This document shows positions 1-9,650 of a stretch of 64,000 bases of DNA, one piece after another. A program made the position numbers and the translations under genes. The DNA is from an uncultured virus (IMG/VR IMGVR_UViG_3300032289_002266). Its lineage: Duplodnaviria; Heunggongvirae; Uroviricota; Caudoviricetes. The stretch lies in the IMG/VR virus record IMGVR_UViG_3300032289_002266. One strand, given 5' to 3'. The first letter of the stretch is position 1. Each line of letters opens with the position of its first letter. The notes below the pieces were generated by a model. It searched no databases. It had not been told where the DNA came from and worked only from the letters and a program-made list of their open reading frames with translations.

Positions 1-444
1 ACATGGTCATATGATACGTCACACCCTTTTGAATCACTATCTTGGTCGGTGGTTCATAATGGTGTTCTTACTAACCACGAACAAATTAGAGCAAAATATA
101 TTGATTGGGACGTTAATCCTGTAGATACAGCTGTAATTTCTAATTTGTTACAGCAATTTACTGAAGAATGTAAAGGTGAATGCCCGGCACATGAGATTAT
201 TAAGCGAGTTTTAAATTTATTAGAAGGTACCTTTGCGTTATGTATGATCGATACGGACTGTAATGATGTTTATATTGCTAGACAAGGCTCGGTACTACAC
301 TATAACGACCACGGAGATTTCTCTACACTAGGCGGTGAGGGATTTAAAGTGTTACCTGAGGGTACAATCTTAATGCTTACAGACTTTAAAACATGGAAAG
401 TAGTTAATCACTTCGAAACCAAATCGCCATTCTTATTTTTATGA
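1..444 (+). CDS. Class II (Ntn) glutamine amidotransferase domain protein, 5'-truncated by the window edge
   Basis: Frame is open from base 1 (TWSYDTSHPFESLSWSVVHNGVLTN). HPF...HNG, DT, LEGTFAL and YIARQGS match GATase II motifs. No SIS domain follows. Confidence 0.8.
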   Translation, partial: TWSYDTSHPFESLSWSVVHNGVLTNHEQIRAKYIDWDVNPVDTAVISNLLQQFTEECKGECPAHEIIKRVLNLLEGTFALCMIDTDCNDVYIARQGSVLHYNDHGDFSTLGGEGFKVLPEGTILMLTDFKTWKVVNHFETKSPFLFL

Positions 445-1115
445 ATATATTTTATTTTTCAGCAACCAAGGGGAGTAGAAAAGATACACTACTAGCAAAA
501 AATCATTCTGGTTACAATAGTTTTATATTTAAGGAAAATAACAAAGAACCTCTTCCAAAAATATATAACAAAGCTATAGACTTTGCTATTGAGGAAAATT
601 TTGACGCTATTGTACTATGTCATGACGATGTAATTATTGAATCTGATCTCGCATATAGGTTACCTTCTATCATGCAAGATTTTGATGTTATAGGTGTAGC
701 TGGTACAACAGAATGTAAACTACAGGAACCAGCGCTATGGCATATTATGGGCGGTGGATTTGGTAGTGGTAAACTTCACGGTGCAGTGGCTCATGGAGAT
801 GAGAAAAATAAAGCTATGACCTCGTTCGGACCATACCCTAAACGCGTACTTTTACTTGATGGTGTGTTCATGTGTATTAAAAAAGAAGCCTTTACAAAAG
901 TGAGATTTGATGAAACAAATCCCGCAGGATTTCATTTTTATGATCTTTCGTATTGTTTGGATGCTACTCTTGCTGGGTTTAAATGTGGTGTGTCTGATAT
1001 TATAATTACCCATGCTTCGCCAGGATTAAAGGAGTTTACACCTGAATTTTTAGAAGGACAAAAATGGTTCTTGAACAAATATGAAAAATATAGGGGTAAA
1101 ATTGTTACCGTTTAG
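441..1115 (+). CDS. GT-A fold glycosyltransferase-like protein (GT2-related)
   Basis: YNKAI...VLCHDDV (DxD-like), IGVAG, LDGVFM, FDE...FHFYDLSYCL motifs. Confidence 0.75.
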   Translation: MNIFYFSATKGSRKDTLLAKNHSGYNSFIFKENNKEPLPKIYNKAIDFAIEENFDAIVLCHDDVIIESDLAYRLPSIMQDFDVIGVAGTTECKLQEPALWHIMGGGFGSGKLHGAVAHGDEKNKAMTSFGPYPKRVLLLDGVFMCIKKEAFTKVRFDETNPAGFHFYDLSYCLDATLAGFKCGVSDIIITHASPGLKEFTPEFLEGQKWFLNKYEKYRGKIVTV

Positions 1116-2016
1116 AACGTACTCTAATAAACTTACCGTTTCGACTAGCTAAGACTGTCTTAGCTAGTCGTTCTTTATGTAAATCATAAAGATACTTCTC
1201 TCTATATGTTTTACCTACTACAGGCATAGTAATATTGCGAAATGATATAGATTCGTGAATTGTTGGATGCCAAAACAAACCGTCATACTCTAATATTAAA
1301 TTTATTTTAGTTATATCTATATCTTTAGCTGCTTTAATATTATCAAAGACAACGAGATCATAGAAAAATATTTTACCTTTTGAATCTTTTAGGAATATTT
1401 CAGATTCTTTATATCTACATAATTTTTTATCAATATTATTTACTGTTAAGTATGACTCAATGTATGATGTAGCTTCTCGTGAATATCTACTGTTAATTAA
1501 TAATTTACCTTCTGTTTGTTGTTTCCAATAATAAGTCTTCGAAATATCTTCATTCCCATACTTGTTATACATAGTATTGCGAATTTTTAAATTTATAGAC
1601 GGTGAAGCAAATCCGACACCGCCGTAGTTATTTTTAGATGTTAATGCTTTTGCATCTTTAATCGTAACATTACAAGAAGGGTTATATACCCCAAAATTTT
1701 TGAAACATGTTGCTGCTTTTAACTGTTGTACGGTAACTGAATTATTTGAGCATTTAGTACTACAAAACGTTCTATAAAATCTATCTGCTTTCCTAGCATT
1801 GCTAGGAAACTTTACAATATTACTACATTCCTTATTCGTACAACGAGGGCGTGTTGTGATATTATTTAAAAGGCAGTATATGCGTTCTGTGTATGTAGCG
1901 TCTTGTGGTAAAAATAAAGTAGCATGCATAAGATCGCTAAAAAATGGTTCAATAGTAATTTTTTTAACAGATAAATTTTCTTTATAAATGTCATTGTAAT
2001 ATTCAAACGTGGTCAT
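1105..2016 (-). CDS. Putative free-standing homing endonuclease (Zn motif, KYG-type repeats, C-terminal PD-(D/E)XK/Vsr-like nuclease)
   Basis: FCSTKC; KNFGVYNP and NKYGNED repeats; FYDLV...LEYDGLFWH. Oriented opposite to the flanking genes. Confidence 0.7.
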   Translation of the reverse strand: MTTFEYYNDIYKENLSVKKITIEPFFSDLMHATLFLPQDATYTERIYCLLNNITTRPRCTNKECSNIVKFPSNARKADRFYRTFCSTKCSNNSVTVQQLKAATCFKNFGVYNPSCNVTIKDAKALTSKNNYGGVGFASPSINLKIRNTMYNKYGNEDISKTYYWKQQTEGKLLINSRYSREATSYIESYLTVNNIDKKLCRYKESEIFLKDSKGKIFFYDLVVFDNIKAAKDIDITKINLILEYDGLFWHPTIHESISFRNITMPVVGKTYREKYLYDLHKERLAKTVLASRNGKFIRVRSKR

Positions 2017-2022
2017 ATAGTA

Positions 2023-2030
2023 TATTTATG
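2023..2030 (-). promoter_or_regulatory. T4-type late promoter-like box CATAAATA
   Basis: Lies 6 nt before the ATG at 2016. Confidence 0.55.
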
Positions 2031-2140
2031 ATTTCATATCTACTTTATCATAAAAATGAAAACACTTTAACTCTAGAAAAGTTTAAGGATGTATTATAAG
2101 TGATTGATTATAAGAATTTAAAATATATTATAATAATATT

Positions 2141-3457
2141 GTGAGTAAACTAGATAATGATTATTTTGAAAAAGTGCTTTGTTATAAAGCACTTTTTGAT
2201 TCTACGTACCTTGCATCTATTGCAGACTACGTAAAGCCTAAGTACTTTAAAGATAAAAATATTGCTAGTGTCTTTAATATTATTTCAGAGTTTTACGAGA
2301 AGCGTAGTAAGCTTCCAACACTTACAGAAGTCAAATCATATCTCACAACTGATGACTTAAAGACATCGTTTAAAAATCTCGTTGAGTCATTAAAGGACAT
2401 CGATAAGAATATCGATAAAGACGAACTATATGATAATACAGAGCAATTTCTTAAAGAGAAAGCTGTGTACAATACGATGCTAGATGTAGCTAGTGATATA
2501 GCTAAAGGTGATATTGATACCTCTCAAATCTTAGATAAGATTGAAAAGTCATGTAATATTAATCTTGTTACAGATACAGGCTTTGATCTATATAATAACA
2601 TTGAAGTTCTTATTGATGACCTTTGTAATGTACAAAAATCTATACCTAGTACTTGGGAGTGGCTAGATGATGCTCTTAACGGTGGGTTTATGGAAAACGG
2701 TAGGTCATTGTATGTCTTTGCTGGTGAGACTAATATTGGTAAGTCTATTTTTCTAGGCAACATTGCCGCTAATATCGCTAATCAAGGAAAAAATGTATTG
2801 TTAGTTACATTGGAGATGTCTGAATTACTCTATGCTCGACGTATTTGTACAAACGTGAGTAAGATACCACTTAAAGATCTATCAACTAATACACACTCTC
2901 TTAGACAGACTATCAGAGATCAGAAGGAAGCTAATAAAGGTAGAATCTTTATTAAGGAGTTTCCGCCGTCAACTATTACCCCTAATCAACTCAAAGCCTT
3001 TGTAAAGAAACTTACTGATACTGGCGTACCTATTCATGCTATTGTATTAGATTACCTTAACTTGCTTCACTCATCTGTAGGTACTAATTCTTACGAACGA
3101 ATTAAAAATGTCACAGAGCAGGTTAGAGCTATGTCTTATATTTTTAACTGCCCTATTATATCAGCAACGCAGTTAAATAGATCAGGCTTTAATACAGATA
3201 ATCCAGACCTTGCTACAATCTCTGAATCAGTAGGATTAGCAGCAACAGCTGACGTTATCGTCTCAATCTTCCAAAACGAAGAGGATAGAGATCTTGGAAT
3301 CATTAGATTGGGTATGATGAAAAATAGATACGGTCCGAGAGGTCATACTCAACCTATGAGAATTGATTATTCAACGCTTACTATTACTCAAGCAGAAAGT
3401 GATTCTGTTAGTAGTGACGATCAGACTCTTAATACGTTGCAGTTTCTTGCGGGTTGA
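2141..3457 (+). CDS. gp41: Replicative DnaB-family helicase (T4 gp41-like)
   Basis: Walker A GETNIGKS, VTLEMSE, IKEFPP, IVLDYLNL, SATQLNRSG, MKNRYG. Confidence 0.93.
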   Translation: MSKLDNDYFEKVLCYKALFDSTYLASIADYVKPKYFKDKNIASVFNIISEFYEKRSKLPTLTEVKSYLTTDDLKTSFKNLVESLKDIDKNIDKDELYDNTEQFLKEKAVYNTMLDVASDIAKGDIDTSQILDKIEKSCNINLVTDTGFDLYNNIEVLIDDLCNVQKSIPSTWEWLDDALNGGFMENGRSLYVFAGETNIGKSIFLGNIAANIANQGKNVLLVTLEMSELLYARRICTNVSKIPLKDLSTNTHSLRQTIRDQKEANKGRIFIKEFPPSTITPNQLKAFVKKLTDTGVPIHAIVLDYLNLLHSSVGTNSYERIKNVTEQVRAMSYIFNCPIISATQLNRSGFNTDNPDLATISESVGLAATADVIVSIFQNEEDRDLGIIRLGMMKNRYGPRGHTQPMRIDYSTLTITQAESDSVSSDDQTLNTLQFLAG

Positions 3458-3473
3458 TAAAGTTCCTTTACCT

Positions 3474-3481
3474 TATAAATA
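3474..3481 (+). promoter_or_regulatory. T4-type late promoter box TATAAATA
   Basis: Exact T4 late consensus, 6 nt before the GTG at 3488. Confidence 0.6.
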
Positions 3482-3487
3482 GGTAAA

Positions 3488-3925
3488 GTGAAACCATCTA
3501 ATATAGATAATAAGCTTAAAGCTAATATTGAATCCTTCAAAAAGGGTAAGAAGGATTTTAGTGTGCAGGAGCTTAACGATATAAAGCTCTATCTTCTAAA
3601 GTATAAAGATGCATTAGAAAGTACACAATTTTTCGAGGGTAACCTAAAGGACAACAGAGTAGTTAGTTGCTTTGCTGAAGGCTTTTACGATGAGATTCTT
3701 TCACATATGCTAAATAAACTTAACGCTGCTATAGCTATAGTAGTTGTTTTAACAGAGAAAAAAATACTTCTTAAGAGTAATAACAACGTATGCGCTATTA
3801 ACCTGTGCAATCTAGCTAAACTCTTATGTGACGGTGACTGTATTAATTCATCTACAGATACCGCAGAAGGTAAAATAACAGAAAAATTTCTTAACCTTAC
3901 AAAAACTTTTAGACAATGTTCGTAA
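3488..3925 (+). CDS. Hypothetical protein, possibly a degenerate DHHA1-like domain
   Basis: AIAIVV...NLCNLAKLLCDGDC...AEGKITEKF resembles DHHA1, but the GGGH motif is absent. Confidence 0.45.
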   Translation: MKPSNIDNKLKANIESFKKGKKDFSVQELNDIKLYLLKYKDALESTQFFEGNLKDNRVVSCFAEGFYDEILSHMLNKLNAAIAIVVVLTEKKILLKSNNNVCAINLCNLAKLLCDGDCINSSTDTAEGKITEKFLNLTKTFRQCS

Positions 3926-4212
3926 AATCCTTACCAGTTAATCCATCTCAAGATATTATTGATAGAGAGAGTGAGCATATTTTATTATCTTTCTGCTCCT
4001 TCTGCACACTTTTGAAGGGTAAAAAATTATCTTTTCAAAACGTGTTTATATTAGTACTTCAAGACGATAAACTAAGAGATATATTAAGAGATCTTTTAGG
4101 AGTTGATTCTAATTTTGAAATAGTTAAAATCTTCTTAGAGTACGACCCTACAATAACGAAGAGTAAGTACATAACAAAGTACATTAATAACAGTAAGAGA
4201 AAATGCCTTTAA
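3916..4212 (+). CDS. Hypothetical protein
   Basis: 98-aa ORF overlapping both neighbours in the operon. Confidence 0.6.
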   Translation: MFVKSLPVNPSQDIIDRESEHILLSFCSFCTLLKGKKLSFQNVFILVLQDDKLRDILRDLLGVDSNFEIVKIFLEYDPTITKSKYITKYINNSKRKCL

Positions 4213-4865
4213 CAGATAAAGAAAAGAATATATACAACTCATATCTGATTGCGAGCAGAACTATAAAAAATAAGCCTTTTAAACTACGTCAAGATTTTAG
4301 TGCTATTGACGACCAGATTTACACAACACTTAAAAAGCTAGGATTGTTTTTTGAAAAGAATAATAATATAAAGCAGGTTGACTTTTTCACGGCACCTTTT
4401 GATTATTACGGATCAGATAATTATTTTGATATACACTTCTTTATCACTCCTAGAGCAATAAAATGTTACTCTCTTTACGCCAAGAAGAAAGAAACGCAAG
4501 ACCCCGATAATGATGGTACTATTGTAAACTGCAAAGAGTGCTGCAGCTTTATATACAGATACTGCAAAGAAAATAATCTTACCCTACACGACTATAAAAA
4601 TATTATTAACGGTACAACTCCCCTAGTTTTGCAGCATCTACGAGATCACAAAATAAACTTTTACACGCTACATGGTCTGCAGTGTGAAAAAACTATCAGA
4701 CAAGTAGAGCCTGATCTATTAGATTTTTTTATATCGAACTTTGAAAATCTACTAAATGATACAAGAATAAATTTTCAACGCTCTGTTAGATTAAAAACAG
4801 TAATACGTGAAGCTTTTTCGATAATTGAAAAACAACTATTGAAAAATAAAATAACCAGCCTATAA
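4203..4865 (+). CDS. Possible helicase loader (T4 gp59-like)
   Basis: 220-aa basic, aromatic-rich protein directly upstream of gp32, as gene 59 is in T4. Call rests on size and synteny only. Confidence 0.4.
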   Translation: MPLTDKEKNIYNSYLIASRTIKNKPFKLRQDFSAIDDQIYTTLKKLGLFFEKNNNIKQVDFFTAPFDYYGSDNYFDIHFFITPRAIKCYSLYAKKKETQDPDNDGTIVNCKECCSFIYRYCKENNLTLHDYKNIINGTTPLVLQHLRDHKINFYTLHGLQCEKTIRQVEPDLLDFFISNFENLLNDTRINFQRSVRLKTVIREAFSIIEKQLLKNKITSL

Positions 4866-4866
4866 T
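4839..4866 (+). promoter_or_regulatory. Sigma70-like promoter TTGAAA-N16-TATAAT upstream of gp32
   Basis: Hexamers read directly from the sequence. Confidence 0.6.
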
Positions 4867-4888
4867 AAAACATATAACAAATAAAATT

Positions 4889-5734
4889 ATGAGTACATTC
4901 AATACATCAATGTTCCAATCAATTAAAGACGCATTAGCTAAAAATGATAATGAAAACGGTCCAGCAACATATACTGAGATCTTAAAAACAACTCCAGGTA
5001 ACACCTATACTGTTAGATTGTTGCCTTTCGCTAAAGACCCAAAAAATACATTCTTCCATTATTTTAATCACGGATGGGTATCATTTGCAACCGGTCAGTA
5101 CGTACAATCTCTTTCGCCTATGACGTTCGGCGAGCGTGATCCTATTGCAGAAGAAAGATTCCGTATTCTTCGTACCGGTACAGAGGATGAAAAGGAAAAG
5201 GTTAAAGCTATCAAGAGGCTCGAAAAGTATCTCGTCAATGTCTATGTTATTGATGATCCAACCAACCCAGATAATAACGGCAAGGTTAAGATGCTTCGCT
5301 ACGGTAAACAAGTACATAAGATTATTATGGAAGCTATTGAAGGTGAGGATGCCGAAGAATTTGGTCCTCGTATCTTCGATCTAGGTACTAATGGCGTTAA
5401 CTTTAAAATTAAATGTGAGAATCAGGGTGAATATCCTACTTATGTTTCCTCAAGGTTTACGTCAGCCGGTAAGCTGAATCTCAGTGACGATGAACAGAAA
5501 AAGATCTATGATGGTGTGTTTGATCTCACTAAAGTATATACTCTCAAATCGTATGATGAACTTAAGCAGATGCTTGACGAACATTTCTACGTGAAGAGCC
5601 ATAGTGAAGAGGTCGTTACTAGTAAGGGCAGCTTTTCCGATAGCGATCCTATTCCTTCATTTAGCAAGCCAGAAAGTACATATACAGAAAGTACAACTGA
5701 AGATGATATTGAGGAATTACTTAAAGACCTATGA
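4889..5734 (+). CDS. gp32: Single-stranded DNA-binding protein (T4 gp32-like)
   Basis: VRLLP, NVYVIDDPTNPDNNGKVKMLRYGKQ, GVNFKIK, YPTYVSSRF; acidic C-terminal tail. Confidence 0.9.
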   Translation: MSTFNTSMFQSIKDALAKNDNENGPATYTEILKTTPGNTYTVRLLPFAKDPKNTFFHYFNHGWVSFATGQYVQSLSPMTFGERDPIAEERFRILRTGTEDEKEKVKAIKRLEKYLVNVYVIDDPTNPDNNGKVKMLRYGKQVHKIIMEAIEGEDAEEFGPRIFDLGTNGVNFKIKCENQGEYPTYVSSRFTSAGKLNLSDDEQKKIYDGVFDLTKVYTLKSYDELKQMLDEHFYVKSHSEEVVTSKGSFSDSDPIPSFSKPESTYTESTTEDDIEELLKDL

Positions 5735-6174
5735 ACATAACCCCCGAAGAGCAAAATGCATTAGTTCAGTTCTTCGGAACTATGCATGCGCAAGCTAGAC
5801 AAACCGATCAAATGATCGTAGGTAGCTCACCGTTTGTTAAACCGGTTAGTCCACAGATCCAGCGCGAACTTGAACAGGCATTACGAGTGCCTGTTCAAGC
5901 TTCACAACCACAATATCATCAACCCGTACCAGAGCAACCACAGGTATTACATCCTGTAGAGGTAGCTCAAGCTATGCAAGAGCTACATACTATTGAGCAG
6001 CAGGCTTCTCCGATACAGCATATTGAAGTTAAGCATGAACCAGTTTCTGTACCTGTAGATAGTAATATTGTTGATGTGTTGAAAGAAATTAACTTGAACT
6101 TATCGAGAATAGCAGATACAATCGAAAAATACAATGTCAACACAAAGAGAACTAAAGCTACCAAGCCGGCCTGA
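5731..6174 (+). CDS. Hypothetical protein (Gln/Pro-rich)
   Basis: ORF whose start overlaps the gp32 stop (ATGA). Confidence 0.6.
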   Translation: MNITPEEQNALVQFFGTMHAQARQTDQMIVGSSPFVKPVSPQIQRELEQALRVPVQASQPQYHQPVPEQPQVLHPVEVAQAMQELHTIEQQASPIQHIEVKHEPVSVPVDSNIVDVLKEINLNLSRIADTIEKYNVNTKRTKATKPA

Positions 6175-6871
6175 CTGCATCAAGTACCTAGAGGCAGTAT
6201 CAAAGATCAGCGAGTCAACGATACTAAATGCTCACGAAGGAGATCCTGGCTTAATTACATCTTTAGTTTCTTCAGCAGATAATACATTAATTCTATATAG
6301 TGAATTGTCTGGTGTAGGGGTTAATTATAATGGTAGTATTAATATACCCGATATAAAGAAATTAATTAGAGTTGTTGATTCGGTAGATACTAAAGACATA
6401 TCACTACTAGTTAACTCTAACAACATAGAGTATAAAGGTAAATCTCTTAAGTTTAAATACCATTTATATGAGGATGGCTTTTTAACTAAGCCGTCTATTA
6501 ATATTGAAAAAATTAAAAGCTTTAATTATAATATTAAGTTTACTCTTAAAAAGGAGACTATTAATTCCATTATTAAAGGAAGCACGTTTGCTACAGAAAC
6601 AAATAAGCTATATTTGTATACTGAGGATGGTCACTTAAAAGGCGAACTAACAGATCGTGCAAGACACAATACAGATGTTTTTGCTATAGATTTAGGTGAA
6701 GTAGATTTTGAGCTATCACCTCTACCACTCAATTTTGATAATATTAAATTGCTATCATTTATTAGTGATCAAATAAATTTTGGTATTAATACTGAATACG
6801 GTGTAACCGTTATTGATATCTCAAATGACAACATTAAATTAAAGTATATTATAACATCACTCACACAATGA
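6134..6871 (+). CDS. gp45: DNA polymerase sliding clamp (T4 gp45-like)
   Basis: 245 aa with a two-domain clamp-like pattern (INIPDIKKLI, KFKYHL, LKGELTD) in the replication cluster. Confidence 0.7.
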   Translation: MSTQRELKLPSRPDCIKYLEAVSKISESTILNAHEGDPGLITSLVSSADNTLILYSELSGVGVNYNGSINIPDIKKLIRVVDSVDTKDISLLVNSNNIEYKGKSLKFKYHLYEDGFLTKPSINIEKIKSFNYNIKFTLKKETINSIIKGSTFATETNKLYLYTEDGHLKGELTDRARHNTDVFAIDLGEVDFELSPLPLNFDNIKLLSFISDQINFGINTEYGVTVIDISNDNIKLKYIITSLTQ

Positions 6872-7206
6872 ATATTAATAAAAATAAAATCACTACCCTT
6901 TCATATTTTGTTAAACGCTTAAAAGATAGCGGCTTTAATGTATGGAAGATATGTAATAATTACGCGCAATCAGATCCTCGTAAGTGGACAATTATGATCG
7001 ATCCTGGTAATACTTCGGTGTTTGTTACATGTTACGAAAATAGAGACTTTAAGAGCGAAAAAATGTTTGAGTTTAATGATGGTGGTAGACTGTTTCCGAG
7101 AAACTTTTCTCTTAAAACAGCATCTATTGAAGTTGTCGTAACTACTCTAATTGAAAGAGGTGTTTCACAACTCGATAGTGCTACTGAATATAATTATGAA
7201 CCCTGA
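6868..7206 (+). CDS. Hypothetical protein
   Basis: ORF whose start overlaps the upstream stop. Confidence 0.6.
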   Translation: MNINKNKITTLSYFVKRLKDSGFNVWKICNNYAQSDPRKWTIMIDPGNTSVFVTCYENRDFKSEKMFEFNDGGRLFPRNFSLKTASIEVVVTTLIERGVSQLDSATEYNYEP

Positions 7207-7480
7207 TGATGAAACGTTCTCTGAGGATGATATAAGAGACCTTATTAAGGACGCTCTAAAAACTAATCTAGAGAGTAAAAAAAAGTATAATAAAAAAATA
7301 CAATTAGAGAGCGCTCTAGCTTCTACAGTAAAAGAGTTTTTAACAAATTTTATAATTATAGGTTACGACCTTAACGGGAAGCCGCTAATTTTAAAACATG
7401 CTAAGACACAAATGGAGAGAGACGCACTAACCTCTCTAGCTATAAAATATATGTCATATTTAATGTATGAAGAAGGTTAA
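7196..7480 (+). CDS. Hypothetical protein
   Basis: ATG at 7196 (MNPDDE) preferred over the TTG at 7151. Confidence 0.55.
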   Translation: MNPDDETFSEDDIRDLIKDALKTNLESKKKYNKKIQLESALASTVKEFLTNFIIIGYDLNGKPLILKHAKTQMERDALTSLAIKYMSYLMYEEG

Positions 7481-7796
7481 TAAAAAGCTTATTCCTGGTG
7501 ACGTATATGCAGTTCATACTGGTACGTATGCAGGTGAAATGCTTATCTTTATTAAAAGTGAGACTGTTGATTATTGCTTTCTCTCAGTACCTAATCTGGT
7601 GAACAGAATAATACCACAAATTGTATTTGATCACGGAAGGAACAATAATATACTTAGATATGTAGAAAGAGTTCCTAGCTATGTATGTAAAACATCAACA
7701 GCACAATTCATAAAAAATGAAAAAATTAATCATAGACGGAAACAATCTGATACATCGGACGTATTGGACAGCGAAGACTCAGTCGCAACGAACTAA
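7467..7796 (+). CDS. Hypothetical protein
   Basis: ORF in the operon; its 3' end overlaps the next gene by 80 nt. Confidence 0.55.
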   Translation: MKKVNKKLIPGDVYAVHTGTYAGEMLIFIKSETVDYCFLSVPNLVNRIIPQIVFDHGRNNNILRYVERVPSYVCKTSTAQFIKNEKINHRRKQSDTSDVLDSEDSVATN

Positions 7797-8589
7797 TACA
7801 AATACACCTGAGCAGATTAATAATTTTCATATCTACTTTACTCTTAATGCTGTATTCTCTTATGTTACAAAATTTAATCCTGATAAGACTATTTTTGTAT
7901 GGGATGAAAAACCTGAGTATCAAGTAAACGAGAGAAAGACAGAATACGAAAACTATAAGAGTAACAGGTCCGGTGATACTGCACCGCATCAAAACAATAA
8001 CGCAATAAAAGAAATGTTGCGTTATTTAGGTATTCCTTCTATCTTTCCTCGTCAACTCGAAGCTGATGATATTGTAGCTTATATATGTAAGCGTACTACT
8101 GGTCAAAAAATAATAGTATCTGTAGATAAAGATTTTATTCAGCTAGTTGACGCTAATATTACTTTATATGACCCTATTCGTAAGTTAGAATATACAGATA
8201 AGAACTTCGAAGAGCGAACCGGCTTAAAGGATACGATGGAGTGGCTACAAGTTAAATGCATCACCGGAGATAGATCTGATAACGTAGCAGGTATTCCTAA
8301 ATTCGGTAAGGCTAAAATTACTAAGTGGCTTAAAGGTGAGATTGTAATGTCAGAAGAGGAAAAAAATATATATGATCGTAATCTTTCGCTTTTTAGATTA
8401 GACGCGTTTGAAAAAAATCTCGATGAAATTAAATATTACGAAGACCAGCTTAGTGTTGAAGTATTAAATAATTGGGGAGATTTTCAAGAAGAGTGTAAAC
8501 TCCGCGATTTTAACTCTATACTAAAGAAAAAGGAATCGTGGTATTCGTTGTTTTTTCTTAAAGGTAAGCTACAATCTCTTTTTGCATGA
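7717..8589 (+). CDS. rnh: 5'-3' exonuclease / T4 RNase H-like flap nuclease
   Basis: LIIDGNNL, YKSNR, LEADDIVA, SVDKDFIQL, GDRSDNVAGIPKFG. Confidence 0.92.
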   Translation: MKKLIIDGNNLIHRTYWTAKTQSQRTNTNTPEQINNFHIYFTLNAVFSYVTKFNPDKTIFVWDEKPEYQVNERKTEYENYKSNRSGDTAPHQNNNAIKEMLRYLGIPSIFPRQLEADDIVAYICKRTTGQKIIVSVDKDFIQLVDANITLYDPIRKLEYTDKNFEERTGLKDTMEWLQVKCITGDRSDNVAGIPKFGKAKITKWLKGEIVMSEEEKNIYDRNLSLFRLDAFEKNLDEIKYYEDQLSVEVLNNWGDFQEECKLRDFNSILKKKESWYSLFFLKGKLQSLFA

Positions 8590-9635
8590 TAAGTATTCCA
8601 GAGGAATATACTGTGAGTAAATTCTTTCAGTATATATATCAACCTAGATTTAATAAATTTAATAGCACCTATCAAGGTGGTTGTTGTATTTGTAGAGAGG
8701 GTGGCTCCTTGGGTAGGAAGCGTAGATGTTACTATATACCTAAAAATGATAACATCTTCTGTCATAACTGCGGATGGTCGAGTAAGCCCATAAAATGGAT
8801 AAAAGAGGTATCGGGTAAGACAGATGTAGAAATTATTGAAGAAATAAAGCAGTATGTAGACGATCAAGACACGATAGAAGTCTCAGAACAAGAGGTTGTA
8901 AAAATAAAGACTGAGACACTTCCTAAAGATTCAATAAACCTTTGCGATGCAACTCAAGTTAAGTTCTACAAAGATAATCCAATAGTAGGTGCATGTGCTA
9001 AGTTAATTAAAGAACGAAGACTAGACACAGCTGTTAATAAGCCTGATTCTTTATATGTATCGCTTGTAGATAGAGTGCATAAGAATAGGCTTGTTATACC
9101 TTTTATTAATGAAAATAAAGATATTGAGTTCTACCAGTCTAGAACTGTTATACCGGGCGATAATAAAATGAAGCCTAAGTATATATCTAGAATAGGTGCT
9201 GAGAAGACCTTATTTAATATAGATAAAATAGATAACAGCTATAAGAGTGTTTTTATCTTCGAAGGTCCTCTCAATGCTTTCTTTACTAAAAATAGTGTAG
9301 CTGTAGCTGGCATCACGGATAAAGGTACAGCCACATTTACTAAGAGGCAGCAGCAGCAAGTCGATACTGTTCTAAGGTGGTATGATAAAATATGGGTACT
9401 AGATAGTCAGTGGATAGATGATGCATCACTAAGCAAATCAGAGATATTATTACAAAACGGCGAAAAAGTGTTTATATGGCCTGAGAAATTCGGTAAGCGG
9501 TTTAAAGACTTTAACGATATTTGTATAGCGTGTAAAATTAATGAGGTAACGCACGAGTTTATACAAAAAAATTCCTTCGAAGGACTCGAAGGAATTTTTA
9601 GACTTGCTGAAATAAAGAAGTATAGATCTAATTAA
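8586..9635 (+). CDS. gp61: DNA primase (T4 gp61-like)
   Basis: Zn ribbon CCIC...CHNC, RLVIPF, YQSR, TOPRIM FEGPLNA, KDFND. Confidence 0.9.
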   Translation: MISIPEEYTVSKFFQYIYQPRFNKFNSTYQGGCCICREGGSLGRKRRCYYIPKNDNIFCHNCGWSSKPIKWIKEVSGKTDVEIIEEIKQYVDDQDTIEVSEQEVVKIKTETLPKDSINLCDATQVKFYKDNPIVGACAKLIKERRLDTAVNKPDSLYVSLVDRVHKNRLVIPFINENKDIEFYQSRTVIPGDNKMKPKYISRIGAEKTLFNIDKIDNSYKSVFIFEGPLNAFFTKNSVAVAGITDKGTATFTKRQQQQVDTVLRWYDKIWVLDSQWIDDASLSKSEILLQNGEKVFIWPEKFGKRFKDFNDICIACKINEVTHEFIQKNSFEGLEGIFRLAEIKKYRSN

Positions 9636-9650
9636 AAAGATATGTGAACG

